Source: Vicugna vicugna (lineage: Eukaryota). Taken from it: 64,000 nucleotides of DNA. The stretch covers positions 1,302,001 through 1,366,000 of the forward strand of contig MU057781.1 of the NCBI GenBank assembly GCA_013265495.1, in the 5' to 3' direction. The notes below the pieces were generated by a model. The model was not told where the DNA came from. It did not search any database and worked only from the letters and a program-made list of their open reading frames with translations. The translations under genes and the position numbers were made by a program. Numbering within the stretch: the first letter of the stretch is position 1; the number at the start of each line of letters is the position of its first letter. This document shows positions 23,741 to 35,250 of this stretch, piece after piece.

Positions 23741-24689
23741 CGGGCAGCCGGGCACCCTCGCCCATGTGGCCGCACACACGCGCGCCGGGCGTGCTTCAGT
23801 GCAGAGCCAGGACCTCTGCTGCAAGAGGGGGCGGGGGTCACCACCGGACCGAGCTTTGGCGGCACCCCACTGACCCCTTCAGCAGGAAGGACTGGAGCAG
23901 AAAGACGCTTTGGGCCACATCTGCCTCCACGGACCTGAGGTCAGACCAGCGTACACATCCAGGCACCTGCCTGCCATCCTGCCATGCCCGGTCCCCAGGG
24001 GGGGCAGCCCAGGGACGGACCGGGCAGGGATTCTACCAAGGGAGCAGCCCTCAGCACCCGCATGGCCCGCGCAACCTAGTGGGCATCCCACCCGCCCTGC
24101 CGCCTGCCCACGGCAGGAGGTGCCACCAACATTTTCTAGTGTTTCGTGTGCGTGTTGTTAAGTCTTGTTCCTGGGGGCAGACAGCCTGCCGGTCAGTCCA
24201 GAGCACTCTGGGCAGTTGCCATGAGCCCCTCCGCTGTCGTGGGGACTCCCGTCAGCTCCCTGCCCTGCACTGGCTCCAACCTCAGCCCAGTCTGGGATGC
24301 AGCCACGCTCCGAGAGACCGTCGGCGACCCGAGGCCTTTCCAGGGCCAGCGGGGGCCTGAAGGGTCGCGCCTTCGAAATGCCCAGATGTCCTTTAATATA
24401 GACTCAGCTTGCAACGCCAGCGTCTGCCAGGACTGGTCCCGCCTCCCAACAGGGGTGTTGGGGAACAGCTCCGTTCCCTGCCACAGAGAGGCACTGGCAT
24501 TCCTGTGACCCTCCGGGCACAAAGCCGTGAGTCGGAGGACAGATGTCAATCATAGATCCTTCTGCGACAGCAAGTGGCACATCCCTCGGGAAGGGGTCCG
24601 TGCATCCCCACGGAGGCAGAGCCCAGACATCCAGGGGGACGTGCGTGTGAGCCCGGCAGTCATTCCTCCCTCCCGCCCTCCCTCCTTGG

Positions 24690-24860
24690 GTCTGTGGCAC
24701 ATGTGCACCCACACGCATGCACACGCACACGTGTTGGTGCACATGCCACGTACATGTGTGCGGGGTGCTCGCGTGCACAGCACACACCACACGCATCACA
24801 CGCATCACCCGTGGACACATGTCTGCTGCACATGGCACAGGTGCACGTGCAGGGTGGTGT
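24690..24860. repeat. Alternating purine-pyrimidine (CA/TG) low-complexity tract in the ADGRA1 3' UTR
   Basis: cacatgtgcacccacacgcatgcacacgcacacgtg... read directly. Confidence 0.8.
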
Positions 24861-25444
24861 GTTGTCCAGCCACCCGAGGGCCGGGCTTGCTTCACCCTGC
24901 ACAGCCTGGTCCCCAGGACTTGTCAGCAGCTGTGTCTGGGGGGGCCCCAGTGGGAGGAGGCTCTTCCTCATGCACCTGGGGTGGGCGGCATGTCAGCCGT
25001 CCCTGGGCTGACTCTCAGTATCTGGGCCCAGGAGCCTGGCTTCCTGACAGTGAGGTTGTAATAGACCACGGTGCCTGGGGCCTGCCTCGAATCCCGTGTG
25101 TCCTCACAGGTCAACCTGACAGCAGCTGACAGCGCCGGCCCCCGTCCAGCCTGCTCACCTGCTTCCATGGCTGGTACGAACCAGAGACCTGGGGCGTGCT
25201 GGGTTCTCACTGTAGACGCAGAACTGTCCATGAAATACAGTATTTTCATCGTTCGCCCTTTGTGAGGCTGGTTAATAGCTTCCGTGTGCGCCTCTCTCCC
25301 TCGGGGAGGGGCAGCCTCTCCTCGGGGCACGGCCCCCCTTCTGTGCCCCTGGGCCCCTCAGGGAGCCCACCGTCCTTCCTTCCTGCCCTCGGCACCCCTG
25401 GCAGGACAGAAAGAGTGCCTCACCATCCAGACCAAAGAAACAGC

Positions 25445-25450
25445 ATTAAA
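25445..25450 (+). terminator. Probable ADGRA1 polyadenylation signal (ATTAAA)
   Basis: First A(A/T)TAAA hexamer I saw after the stop; followed by a CA cleavage context and GU-rich TGTGTCAGTGTTGG at about 25463-25476. Confidence 0.65.
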
Positions 25451-25619
25451 CATTCCACACCATGTGTCAGTGTTGGCTCAGCCTCCTGAGTCCACCCGGG
25501 GAAGTGCTGCGACGTACTCCACCGGCAGGCAAAGGTTTCCGCGTATAGCAGTCCCCAGCACGGCCCCATCCAGGAGCCCTTCGCACGGAAGGAGCTTCTG
25601 AAAGGATGTGGGCAGGAGG

Positions 25620-25960
25620 TCCGCTGTGTGCACGAGTGTTTGTGAATGTGCTGGCACGTGTGCGTTGTGCTCGAGGTGTGTGTGTGTGCGTGTGCACACA
25701 CAAGTCTGTCGTGTGTGGGTGTGTGTTGTGAGAACATGTGCAAGGGTGGGAACGTACTTCCGTGGGTGCTGTGTTTGTGAGTTGGGTGGTGGGCACGTGG
25801 ATGAGCGTGTGTACGCGTGTGAGTGTGGGTGTGTAGTGTGCCTGCGTCTGTGCCTCGTGCGTGGATCGCACGGCTGTGAGCACGTGTGAGTGTGCACATG
25901 TGAGGGGGGTCTGAGTGGTGCGTGTGTGCAGTGAGTGCACGTGTGTGCTGCGTGTGTGGG
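25620..25960. repeat. TG-rich low-complexity tract downstream of the ADGRA1 poly(A) site
   Basis: gtgtgcacgagtgtttgtgaatgtg...gtgtgtgtgtgcgtgtgc read directly. Confidence 0.85.
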
Positions 25961-28900
25961 CCCTTCACAGAGCGAGTGCGACGCCCCCAGCCATGGCCTC
26001 GCTGGGCGCGCCTCTCTAACTTGCGGGTGGAGGCCCGGTGGCCGCACAAGGGCCTTAATCAGCCCTGAAGACTCAGGAGCAGGGGCAGGTCTGAGGGCCT
26101 CCTCCCAGCGGTTCCGCGAGGACGTGTCGCCATCTGACCCGAGGGTGGATGGGCGCCCGCTGCCTGGCCTGGAAATGCAGGCACGGCCAGCACCATGGGT
26201 GCAGGGAGACTTGGCACCATAACTGGATTAAGGGCACCCCGAAGACCCCCGACTCCTGCTGAGCCGCCTCTGGGAGCCCCCGCTCCGGGGCTGCTGGTGT
26301 CTTCACAGCCGGGTCAGCGGTGGGTGGGCGCTGGACCGGGGCCCGGGCCACAGCTCTGCTCCTCATCCTGCCTGCCTGGCCCAGCTCTGAGAGGCCCAGA
26401 CAGTCGAGGAGAGCCCTGGACTCCAGGAGCCCCCCGGGAACAGAGGTCAGCTCGGAGGAGTGAGCGCCAGGCTGGAGGGTGGGGCAGGCAGAGCCCAGGA
26501 GTGGCCTCCGGGGGGCCCTCGGGGCAGGATTCCATCCTCAAAGGCTGCCATCCAGGGGGCTCACTCATTGTGCTGGGCTCCATGCGGGGCCAGGGTGACA
26601 GCCGGCAGTGACTGCAGCTTTGGGAGGCCTGACCTCTGCCAGCCCGGGGGCCCTGGCAGGTGCACAGCCCCACATGAGTGGGCCACGTCCGCCCCATGGG
26701 CACCCAGTTCTCGTCTGCAGTTCTGCCCCTGCCCCACGACCCTCGGAGCCTCTAGGCGGGGGAGGGGGTGCTGCCAGGCCTCTGGCCTCACTGCTGCTAG
26801 CAGCTGGACATAGGCTGACCAGCCAAGACAGGCCTGAGCCCAGGGCAGTGGGTGTGCGTGCTCTGGCTCTGAGGACGGCCACTCCCTCCTGGGGGACCAC
26901 TGGCCAGCCTGCCCAGCCCGGGTTCCTCTCTGACCAGAGGCTTCGACAGAAGCTTTCACTGCGTGATTTAGTACCAAATGGGCACCTTCGGGTCCCAATG
27001 CTGCCTGTTAGGTGCAACAACAAAGAGTGTTCTGGAGACTGCAAGTTGGGGGGAGACTCTGGCCCTGGCAGGGGACAGCTCTGCCTCCCCCAAGAAGATG
27101 AGACAGAGGGGACAGGGCAACAGCACAGGGAGCGGCGCCATGGGAGCCATGCCAGCTGTGGGGGTGGGGGACACGGTGCTGATGGGCACCTGCAGAGGCC
27201 AGTTGGGGTGGGGACAGAAAGGTCAAGTTGGAGGGTCATGGCGACCAACTCTGAGAGCTCTGGTCACTCAGGAGGGTGGGCGCCACAGGAAGGGGCGCAC
27301 AGGAGGCCCCAGCATGAGTGAGAAGCGCATTCCCCAGATGTGACCCTGTGGCTACTCCTGGGAGGCAGGTGTCCATCTCCCAGTGAGGCAGGTCTGCCTG
27401 CAGGCGTGAGGGTGGGCAGCAGGAAGGCTCCCACTTCCAGCTCCGCAGGGCGGCCCCTGAGGGCCAGGAGGGAGGGGCTGTTGGATGCAGCTGGAGCAGA
27501 TCCGAAGGCCTGACATCAGAAGGGACCACGTCCCTTTGCGGATCAGAAACCCGGTGCCCGGGCAGGGAGCGGGGTGGGGAGGTGCAGGGAGGGACAGGGC
27601 CTCTCCGGAGGACAAACAGGGGAGAGCTGCAAAACAGGAGGACTCCCCACCGCTGGTCCGCTGCTGAGACCACCTCTCTGAAGCACGGAGTGGCATCAGC
27701 AGGGCACGGCCGAGGGCAGGGGGACCAGAGCAGAAGGCTCGCGGCTGGGGGGCGGCGGTGCCCCGGGAGCGAGGCGCTGTGGGGTCCAGCAGGAAGCACG
27801 GGCGGAAGCTGTGAACTCCTCGGGGGCGGGCTGAGCGAGGCACTCAGTACACAATCTAAGGGGCACAAAAACTCAGTAAGACGAGTAATGTGACACAATG
27901 TTTTTAAAAACCAAAATTGCTGAAAAAAAATTCACAATGACCAGCATTAAAATTGGAAGTGGAGGCAGAATCAGCGTGCCTGGTGGTTCCCCTGTGGCTT
28001 CAGGTCCCGCGTGGGTGTCGGGGACGCCGGGCTGACATGCGGCTCAGACGGACAGTCCACGTCCAGCATCCGCTGGGGCCCCGCCAGAGCACACGGCCAA
28101 CACAGCTCCAGGGAACAGCGACAGCAGGAGTGACCCAGAACCAGGAAAGGCGGGCGCAGGGGTGCTGGGCACACTGGAATCCACTGTAGACAGAGGGCGG
28201 TTTCCACTTACCTCTTCTACCACAAACACTCAAAACTAGAAAACCAGGATTGGTGAAGTTTGAGCGAGGCAGATGGAAGCTTCCATTGCGCTGGCTGCAT
28301 GGCTGGGACCGGAGGACAGGCGTGCGCACCGCACTCCACAAAGTGCTGCCACATCTGAGCTGGGGGCCCATGGAGGGTGTGCAGCCCCGTCCAGCCCCAC
28401 TGCGCGGGTCCCGGAACCCTCCCAGAGTGTAGACGGAGGTCACACGGACAGCAGCCAGGCCTCCCACCCGCACTCCCGCCCACCTCAGTGCAGCTAGCTC
28501 ACACGTCGGGACTCGTTCAGTGACCGGCCTTCCCTAGCTTGTCGCCCCCCCCCCACTTCCAGCTCAGACCATTCACACTGGACGCTCTCCAGTGCCCCCC
28601 AGCCCCTCCGGGCACACCCAGGGCCCCTTCACCCTAAAGTCTCCACCCCCTGGCCTGCGCTCTGGCCTCTGCAAAACCCTGGTGACCAGGCAGCCCTAGC
28701 CGGGTGCCGTGCACGCAGCACCTGTCAAGCACTCAGCTCAGACTGGTGAGCAGTCTCGGAGAGGTCAGGTGACTTGCCCAGCCCCACACAGTCAGGATGG
28801 GCAGACCCACTTGTCTCCGTGTCCCACTCCCCCGGTGTCTCCCTGGGCCCCACAGCATTCGCTGCTGCACCAGGTGAAGGAGGGACGATGGGACTCATCC

Positions 28901-29494
28901 ATCAGCTGGGGACCTTCTCTGTGTGTCACCTGACGTGCCAGTGTCAGTCCCAGCTCACTGCCTGCTGCCCACTGCACACACCCTCGCAGCTCGAGAGCAG
29001 TTGGCAAGCTCTGGAGACCCCGCTGACCACCAGGTGAGCTGGGAACCGGGCAGGGGCCCACCCGGAGCCACCAACGCGGAAGGAGGTGGGGGGCGCGCCC
29101 CCGACCAGGGACGAGGCTTCGAGTGAATTCTTAAGGCGAAGCCTCCTTCGAGGCCTCCAGACTGAGGCTGTGGGGCAAAGACAGTGAACAAGTGAAGAGA
29201 CGGTGCTCTCGTTTGCTGCAGATGCACCAGACGGGCGGTGAGTACAAGCGCCCGGGAAGGGCCGTGAACTTGCAGAATCCACTCCCCCCGCTGCGAAACG
29301 TCCTGAACGGAGAACGCTGGCCTCGGGTCCCCCGGCCAGCAGAGGGGGTCACGGCCGGCAGGCCCCACAGGAGCCTGGGGAGGAGGACAGACCTGAGCTC
29401 CCAGTGAGGGGAGGAGCCCGTGCGCCGGTCAGACACGGGGGACCCGGACCCGTGCGCCCCGCAGGGACTTCGGGGAAAAGGAGGGGAAATCAGC

Positions 29495-29990
29495 TGCAAT
29501 CAAAGAACTCACGGTGGAAATCAGAAAGTATTTTGACTTGAATGTTAAGGAAAACATGGCGCGTCAGACCTTGTCGTTTGATCTGCAAAGTTCTCCCCAC
29601 AAGAAAAGAAAGCTGGGCCTACGTGAGGGGCAGGTGTTAACCGGACCCCTTGCAGGGGCCATTTTCCAACACACACAAACATGAAACCATCACGTTGCAC
29701 ACCTGAAACTGAACAATGTCATTATATGTCGATGGCACTTCGACTAAAAAGGTTTTAACCTTGTCTTGCTAAAACTGTGCTTAGAGAAAATGCATAGCTT
29801 TACATAAATTACATCTGAATAGGAAAAAGAGGACAGTGAGTTTGCATCTATCTCAAGAATTTAGAAAAATAATAGTAAATTAAACTCTCCTCCAAGTCCA
29901 CCAAAAAAAACAATAAAGAGAAGGAATTAACAAAGTAACGTATTATTTGACAAAGCTGCACAGTCAGCATCGCCCTGGCAGACCCGACGG
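29495..29990 (+). mobile_element. L1 fragments (ORF2 pieces plus a 3' end piece)
   Basis: gaaatcagaaagtattttgacttgaatg (EIRKYFELN-like); tgcttagagaaaatgcatagcttta (LRGKFIAL-like); cacctgaaactgaacaatgtcattatatgtc resembles an L1 3' terminus. Confidence 0.6.
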
Positions 29991-32900
29991 AGACGAGAGA
30001 AGGAGCCAGCAACAAGGGGGAGGAGCTGGGGGGTCACCGCAGACCCACCGACACCAGCGAGGCGCAGACGGGGTGATGCCTGCAACTTCCAGCCAAGCCA
30101 GGAAAGCACAGCTTCAGGACCCTGACTTCAGAAAGTGTAGAGGCCGCCTAAGAGCTGTGTGACCACTGAAGACCCGAGCCAGTCGCCTAAAGCCTTCCCG
30201 TTGAGGGAGAGCCTCGGGTCCAGGTGGCCCGACGGCGTCCCCAGAGAACTCCACAGACGTTTGAGAAAGAAGTCATGTCCCTTCCGGAGAAGGGACCCCC
30301 AGTTGTTTCATGAGGTGCACGAAGCTCGCTCCCACAAGGACATCGTGAGAAAGACAGTGACAGCCAGTGGAAGTGAGCGCAGCGGTCCTTCACAGAAGCC
30401 GGCCAGTCAGCTGGAGAAGCGCCTGCCGGGGAAGCAGAAGCGGAGTCTCAGTCAGGTGATGCGCCTCCACCTGAGCAGGGGAATGTCACCTGCTGCTCAG
30501 TCGTGATGCTTCAGCAGGGTGCTCCTCTCTCCCTCGACGTCACGACTGACAGCTGACAGTGTTTCCCACGGCCCTCTTCTGGGGCCTGGGGTCCGCCCTC
30601 CATGGGCTGTGACACCCCTGGCTTGGGGTCGGCTCCCCTACCAGCTGACGGTCTTACCTGTGTCCTGTCTCTGTCCCTAGAGCCAAGGCGCTTGGAGGCG
30701 GACCCCCAGCCCCCGAGTCCAGCTCTGAACTCCGGCCAAGACCTCACCTGGATGTCCACCAGGACAGCAAAGACCACCAGTTGTTAGGGTGGGGGGACCC
30801 CCGCAAGCAGGGTTAGGGAGACAGGTGGTTTAGCTCGGGGAGCTCACACTGTGATGCCATCAGAATCACACAGTGTTGGGATGGAAAGGTGGGGAGGGGG
30901 TTAGAGACGCAGCTCCTGACCAGCCACTGGCTGTGGTGGGGTTGTCCTCAGGGGCAGACAGGACCAGGGTCCCCTCCCTCACTCTCCCCACCTCTAACAG
31001 GGGCCCTGCTGGCTCTGTCCACAAGGGGACCCCAGTCTTGCTCATTCAGGGGTGAGACTTCGCATTTGGAGTCTTTGCTCCCAGTCAGGCCTGTTACAGG
31101 GCGGAGCAGCTGGACTGGGGACCGTCATGAGTGGGGACCTCGGCCCACCCCCCAACACTGGCAGGCGGCCCTGTGGCCGGAGCAGGTGCCCACGGCGTGT
31201 GGGAGCAGGTCGCACATTTGCATTATTACAACAAGGAGGCAGCAGATCCACGTGACGTCCTTGAGTGAAAGGAGGAGCAGCGCTGGTCGGGCCCTGGGGA
31301 GGTGGGGCCACACGGTCACTTCGACAGAGAAGATGTGCACAGGACCGAGTGCAGACGTCAAGGGCCCATCTCAGGGTTGGAAGGCAAGACAGGGCGTGAG
31401 GTCCCTTGGGGACAGCAACTACAGAGGGGCTTCCACCCCTGGGGAGGGCTGCTAGGACCCAGCTGCCTGCCCCGTCTCAGGGGAGAGCAGCAGGGGAGGG
31501 GCTCCTGCTGTCCAGCGCCCTCACAGCCCCAGAGAAGCCGGGCAACGCGAGGACCAGCCGAGTGTGCAGAGACCAAGGAGCGACAGGGCGGCTCAGCTCG
31601 CCCAGCAGAAGCGGGTCAGTTCTAGGTCCTCGTGTGCTTGTTCCCATCTCTTGTTCCCATGGTCAAAATATTTCCATACTGTAAAATGAGTCTTATAGTC
31701 ACCCAGAAACAAACAAACAAACAATTTAAAATACTTATTTAATAAATATTCAATTTATTAAAACCTTACGCACATTCTCTTGCAAAGTGTGTCGAGGGTC
31801 CACAGAAACTCTCAAGCTTACAAATCCATCAGAGGGTAAAATTCTGGCCGGAATTAGATGCCTGTAATGAGTTTCAGGAGAACGTTACGATGGAGATTTC
31901 TGACTATTAAAAAACATGTTTGTGTGTTTTTTCCTAAGTGATTGATCGTGGGTATCAAAACCACTTTGGTTTTTAGCCTTTCGGATACATTCACCAGAGT
32001 GACTAGCAGCTTTATTTCAAAATGTCAGTAATGATACCACACCAGATACTACATTCTTTGCGATTATTTACATTTTTTATTTTTTGAAAAATGTAGATCA
32101 ACTTCAAAACTTCTAAGTGATGTGACAGCTTTTCAAAATTCTCTCAAGGAAAACAGGTGCCAAGGCTTTGAAACCCCGCTCCCCCACGGAAGAAACAATC
32201 CTGCCGTGGGCACTGGCCAGCGGGGAGACGGGAGTGGGAGGGCTGAGACTGGGCAGGGAGGCGGCTCAGGCTGGGACCTGCCTAGAGGCCGAGGTGGATG
32301 CAGAGGGGGGTCCTGGAGGAGAGGGGTGGGGCAGGGAGTGAGGCAACCCACCAGGGAAGAGCAGTAAGAAGACTGGGCTGTCACCGAGTCACGGCCTTGG
32401 CCGTGGAGCTGACCGTGTGGCCAGGGAGCCTCTGCAGGACTGACGGCTCCTACTGGGGAAAAAGGCTCGCTCACTGGGCTCGTGCTGGCACGTGGGTGGT
32501 GGGGAGAGGCCGGCACAGAGGCCGGAGCGAGGGGCCCCTCCAGCAGTCCGTCGGCGAGGACTCTTGGCCCTGTCTGGAGCTGAGCGTGCAGTGCACTTCG
32601 GGCACACGGGGCTGCTTGGATTCCTCGTGCCATCTGTGCCGACTCGTCAGCTCCGGCGTGGCCAATCCAGATCTGCTCTGACCTCAAGAGTCAAGCCCTC
32701 GTCCCCATACTGAGGGCGCCCACCAAGCCTGAGGCCCTAGGACTACGCCCTTCCGCAGAGCAAAGCTCACCCTGAATGCAGGCAAACACGCAAACACACA
32801 GTGAGACTAACAAAGCATCCAGCATAAGGTGTGTGTCACTCCACTGGCCACGAGCTCTTCAGGGGAAGCAGGTGGGTAGAAGGCAGGCCAGGGTGGCCCC

Positions 32901-34399
32901 TGCCCAGTGCCTCCCATGGGCTCCGTTGGGCCCTCCCTGCTGGCCCAGGCACCCTGGTCCCTGCTTGACCCAGGAGCTGGGAAATGCCCACTAAGCGCGT
33001 TTAGGCTATAACGGCCAACGCTGACTCAGCTGGCGTCTGCAGCCCGTTTGTTCTGCGTTTTGCCCAAATGGGCTGCACCTTTTCCTGAAGCAGATGCACC
33101 ACTCAGGCCAGGAGCATCTGCCGTGAGCCGGCTCCTGCAGTGAGGGGGTTACCTTGGCCCCGCACTCAGTCCTCTCCGGAGGCCGGAGAAGCATATGACA
33201 AAGCTGACGTCCTCCTCTGTGCCCCACAGCCGAGGCCCCCCAGAGGGCACCTGGGCTCAGTGGCAGGTAAAGGACGTTGAGGCCACACTCGGGCTTTGAC
33301 AGCCTTCGACACCAGCCCTGGACAGAGGGAAGGGGCAGGCCCACCCAACAGCGCCGGGGCCCTGCGGCCAGGACGCTTAGTTCCGTGGCCCCAGGGTCTG
33401 AGGACAGGGTGCAGCAGGAGCCCCAGTGTCCTGGACCAGGGCCTCCTGCCCTGGCTTCCTTTGCTGCCCACCAGTGGGACCCAGACACACATCTTGAGAT
33501 GTATTTTCTCCAACTGCTGCCCTCCCCACCCATCCCTGCTCCCAGCTCCCAAGCCCCCAGACCCATTTCTTCCTCAGGTGGCTGGCTGGCTGCCCAGCAC
33601 CCCGGCCACCAGTCTGACGCCTTGCTGCCCGCCTGCTTCTCCTGAGACCTGGGTGCTCTGGCCCACACAGATGTCACATCCCAGGACCCCAGGGCCACGA
33701 GACCTGACTCAGGACAGAACAGGTCTCCCACACCCCTGGTCTTGGCAGGGCCTGTCGCAGCCAGACGCATTCACAAGGGAGCATTTGTGGAGTGTCTGCT
33801 GTGTGCCTGGCCAGGATCGGCAGTGGGGACAGGGCTGGGCGCTCAGGGAGCTAACAGCCTGGCCACAGTGCCTGCTCCCTGGTGGGTGCTATGACCCACA
33901 GCTCCGCCCTGCGTACAGGGGACCCACCATGCCTTACAGGGTAAGGAGATCACCATCCACCCTCCTGTAGAAAAAGTGGGGCATGTGCTGCTTGGCCCCT
34001 TGCAAGGCTTCAGAGAGAGAACCCTGGCTCTTTGCTTCACTGGGCAGAGGGGCACCCTGGGTCTTTGCCAAGCTGGGGTTGGGGGTTCCTGCTCTTCGCC
34101 CAGCCACAGGCCCCAGCGTGGGCCAAGGCTTGCCCCAGTGCTGAGGAAACCCAGCGGGTGGGCCCTAATGGGGTGGTGAAGGGGTTAGTCGCCGGCCGGC
34201 CGGCTGGGCTGCCAAACTGAAGGAGACATTGTTCTTTTCATTTCCTTTCCACATCCAGGAGGCCCGCTGGCAAGGTGCGAACGAAGCTGTAATTGCAGGG
34301 CCCCACGTGTCATCCATGGGGCTGTAACTCAAGAAAGGTGCAGGCCAGACCCCAACTGCTCAGAGGGGCCCCCCCTGCTTGGCCAACACCCGTCCCGCC

Positions 34400-35250
34400 T
34401 GCCTGGCCGGCCTGGGCGCCTCTGCAGCCCCCCCCCACCTCCCCCGGGACTGCGGCAGCCCCGCCCTCGGCCGGAGGGGGCGGGGGCAAGGGGAACCCGG
34501 CTGAGGGGGGACGACCCGCCCTGCACTCTCCTTGGGGTGGGGAACAGCCCTCCACCCGCGTGCCCAGGTGGGCACCGGCAGCAGCCTGCAGCACCACTCG
34601 CTCGGGAACACCGGACACAAGACTGGCCCCGCCCCCCAACCCTGCCGCCACCCCGCCCCGTGCCTTTCCCCCCCATTCCCCAGAAAGCGGCCAACGCCCC
34701 CAGGGACGAAGTCCCAGAGAACGCCCTCGGAGCCCCTCGCCGTCCCCAAGCGCCAGCCAAAGTGAGCGCGGCCTTCCGAGCGCCCGGAGCCCCCAGTCCC
34801 GCGCCCAGGTGTTCCCCACCCCCGTCCCCCGCTCGGGTGACACTGCGGCAGCGCGCGCGGGCGGGGCGCACCGGGGGCGGGGCGGGCGGGGACCGCGGGG
34901 GGCGGCGCGGGGCGCGTTGCCATGGCGGCCCTGCGCGCGTAGCCATTCCGGCTAGCTGAGCCAGACCCGCGCGGAGCCAGCCGCCGGCCGGGGGCGGAGG
35001 CCGCTGGGGGGCGAGGCCAGGCGGGGAGGGGGCGCCGGCTCCGCGCAGATCTCGGCGGTCAGTGCGCCCCGGGCGAGCGCGGCGGCTCAGGCGGTGGCCG
35101 AGTCTGTGGCGCCGCCGGCGCTCCAAGGATGCAGGCCATGGACCCGGCCGCAGCGGATTTTTATGAGGAGGACGGCAAAGACCTAGACTTCTACGACTTC
35201 GAGCCGCTCCCTACTCTGCCAGAGGATGAGGTAAGCCCCCGCCCCATGGT
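34400..35250 (+). promoter_or_regulatory. KNDC1: KNDC1 CpG-island promoter and 5' UTR
   Basis: Very dense CpG and very high GC, several GGGGCGGGG Sp/KLF boxes, no TATA box, directly upstream of the KNDC1 ATG; TSS not determinable. Confidence 0.85.
35129..35230 (+). CDS. KNDC1: KNDC1 coding exon 1 (102 nt)
   Basis: MQAMDPAAADFYEEDGKDLDFYDFEPLPTLPEDE|gtaagc matches the recalled v-KIND N-terminus. Confidence 0.97.

Larger units (their letters stand above)
23741..25465 (+). other. ADGRA1: ADGRA1 3' UTR (end approximate)
   Basis: Runs from the stop codon to just past the ATTAAA at 25445. Confidence 0.6.

Noticed and set aside
34310-35126. Overlapping 140-265 aa ORFs on both strands at the KNDC1 promoter
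   Set aside because: Expected in a CpG island where stop codons are rare; low-complexity G/A/R/P content.
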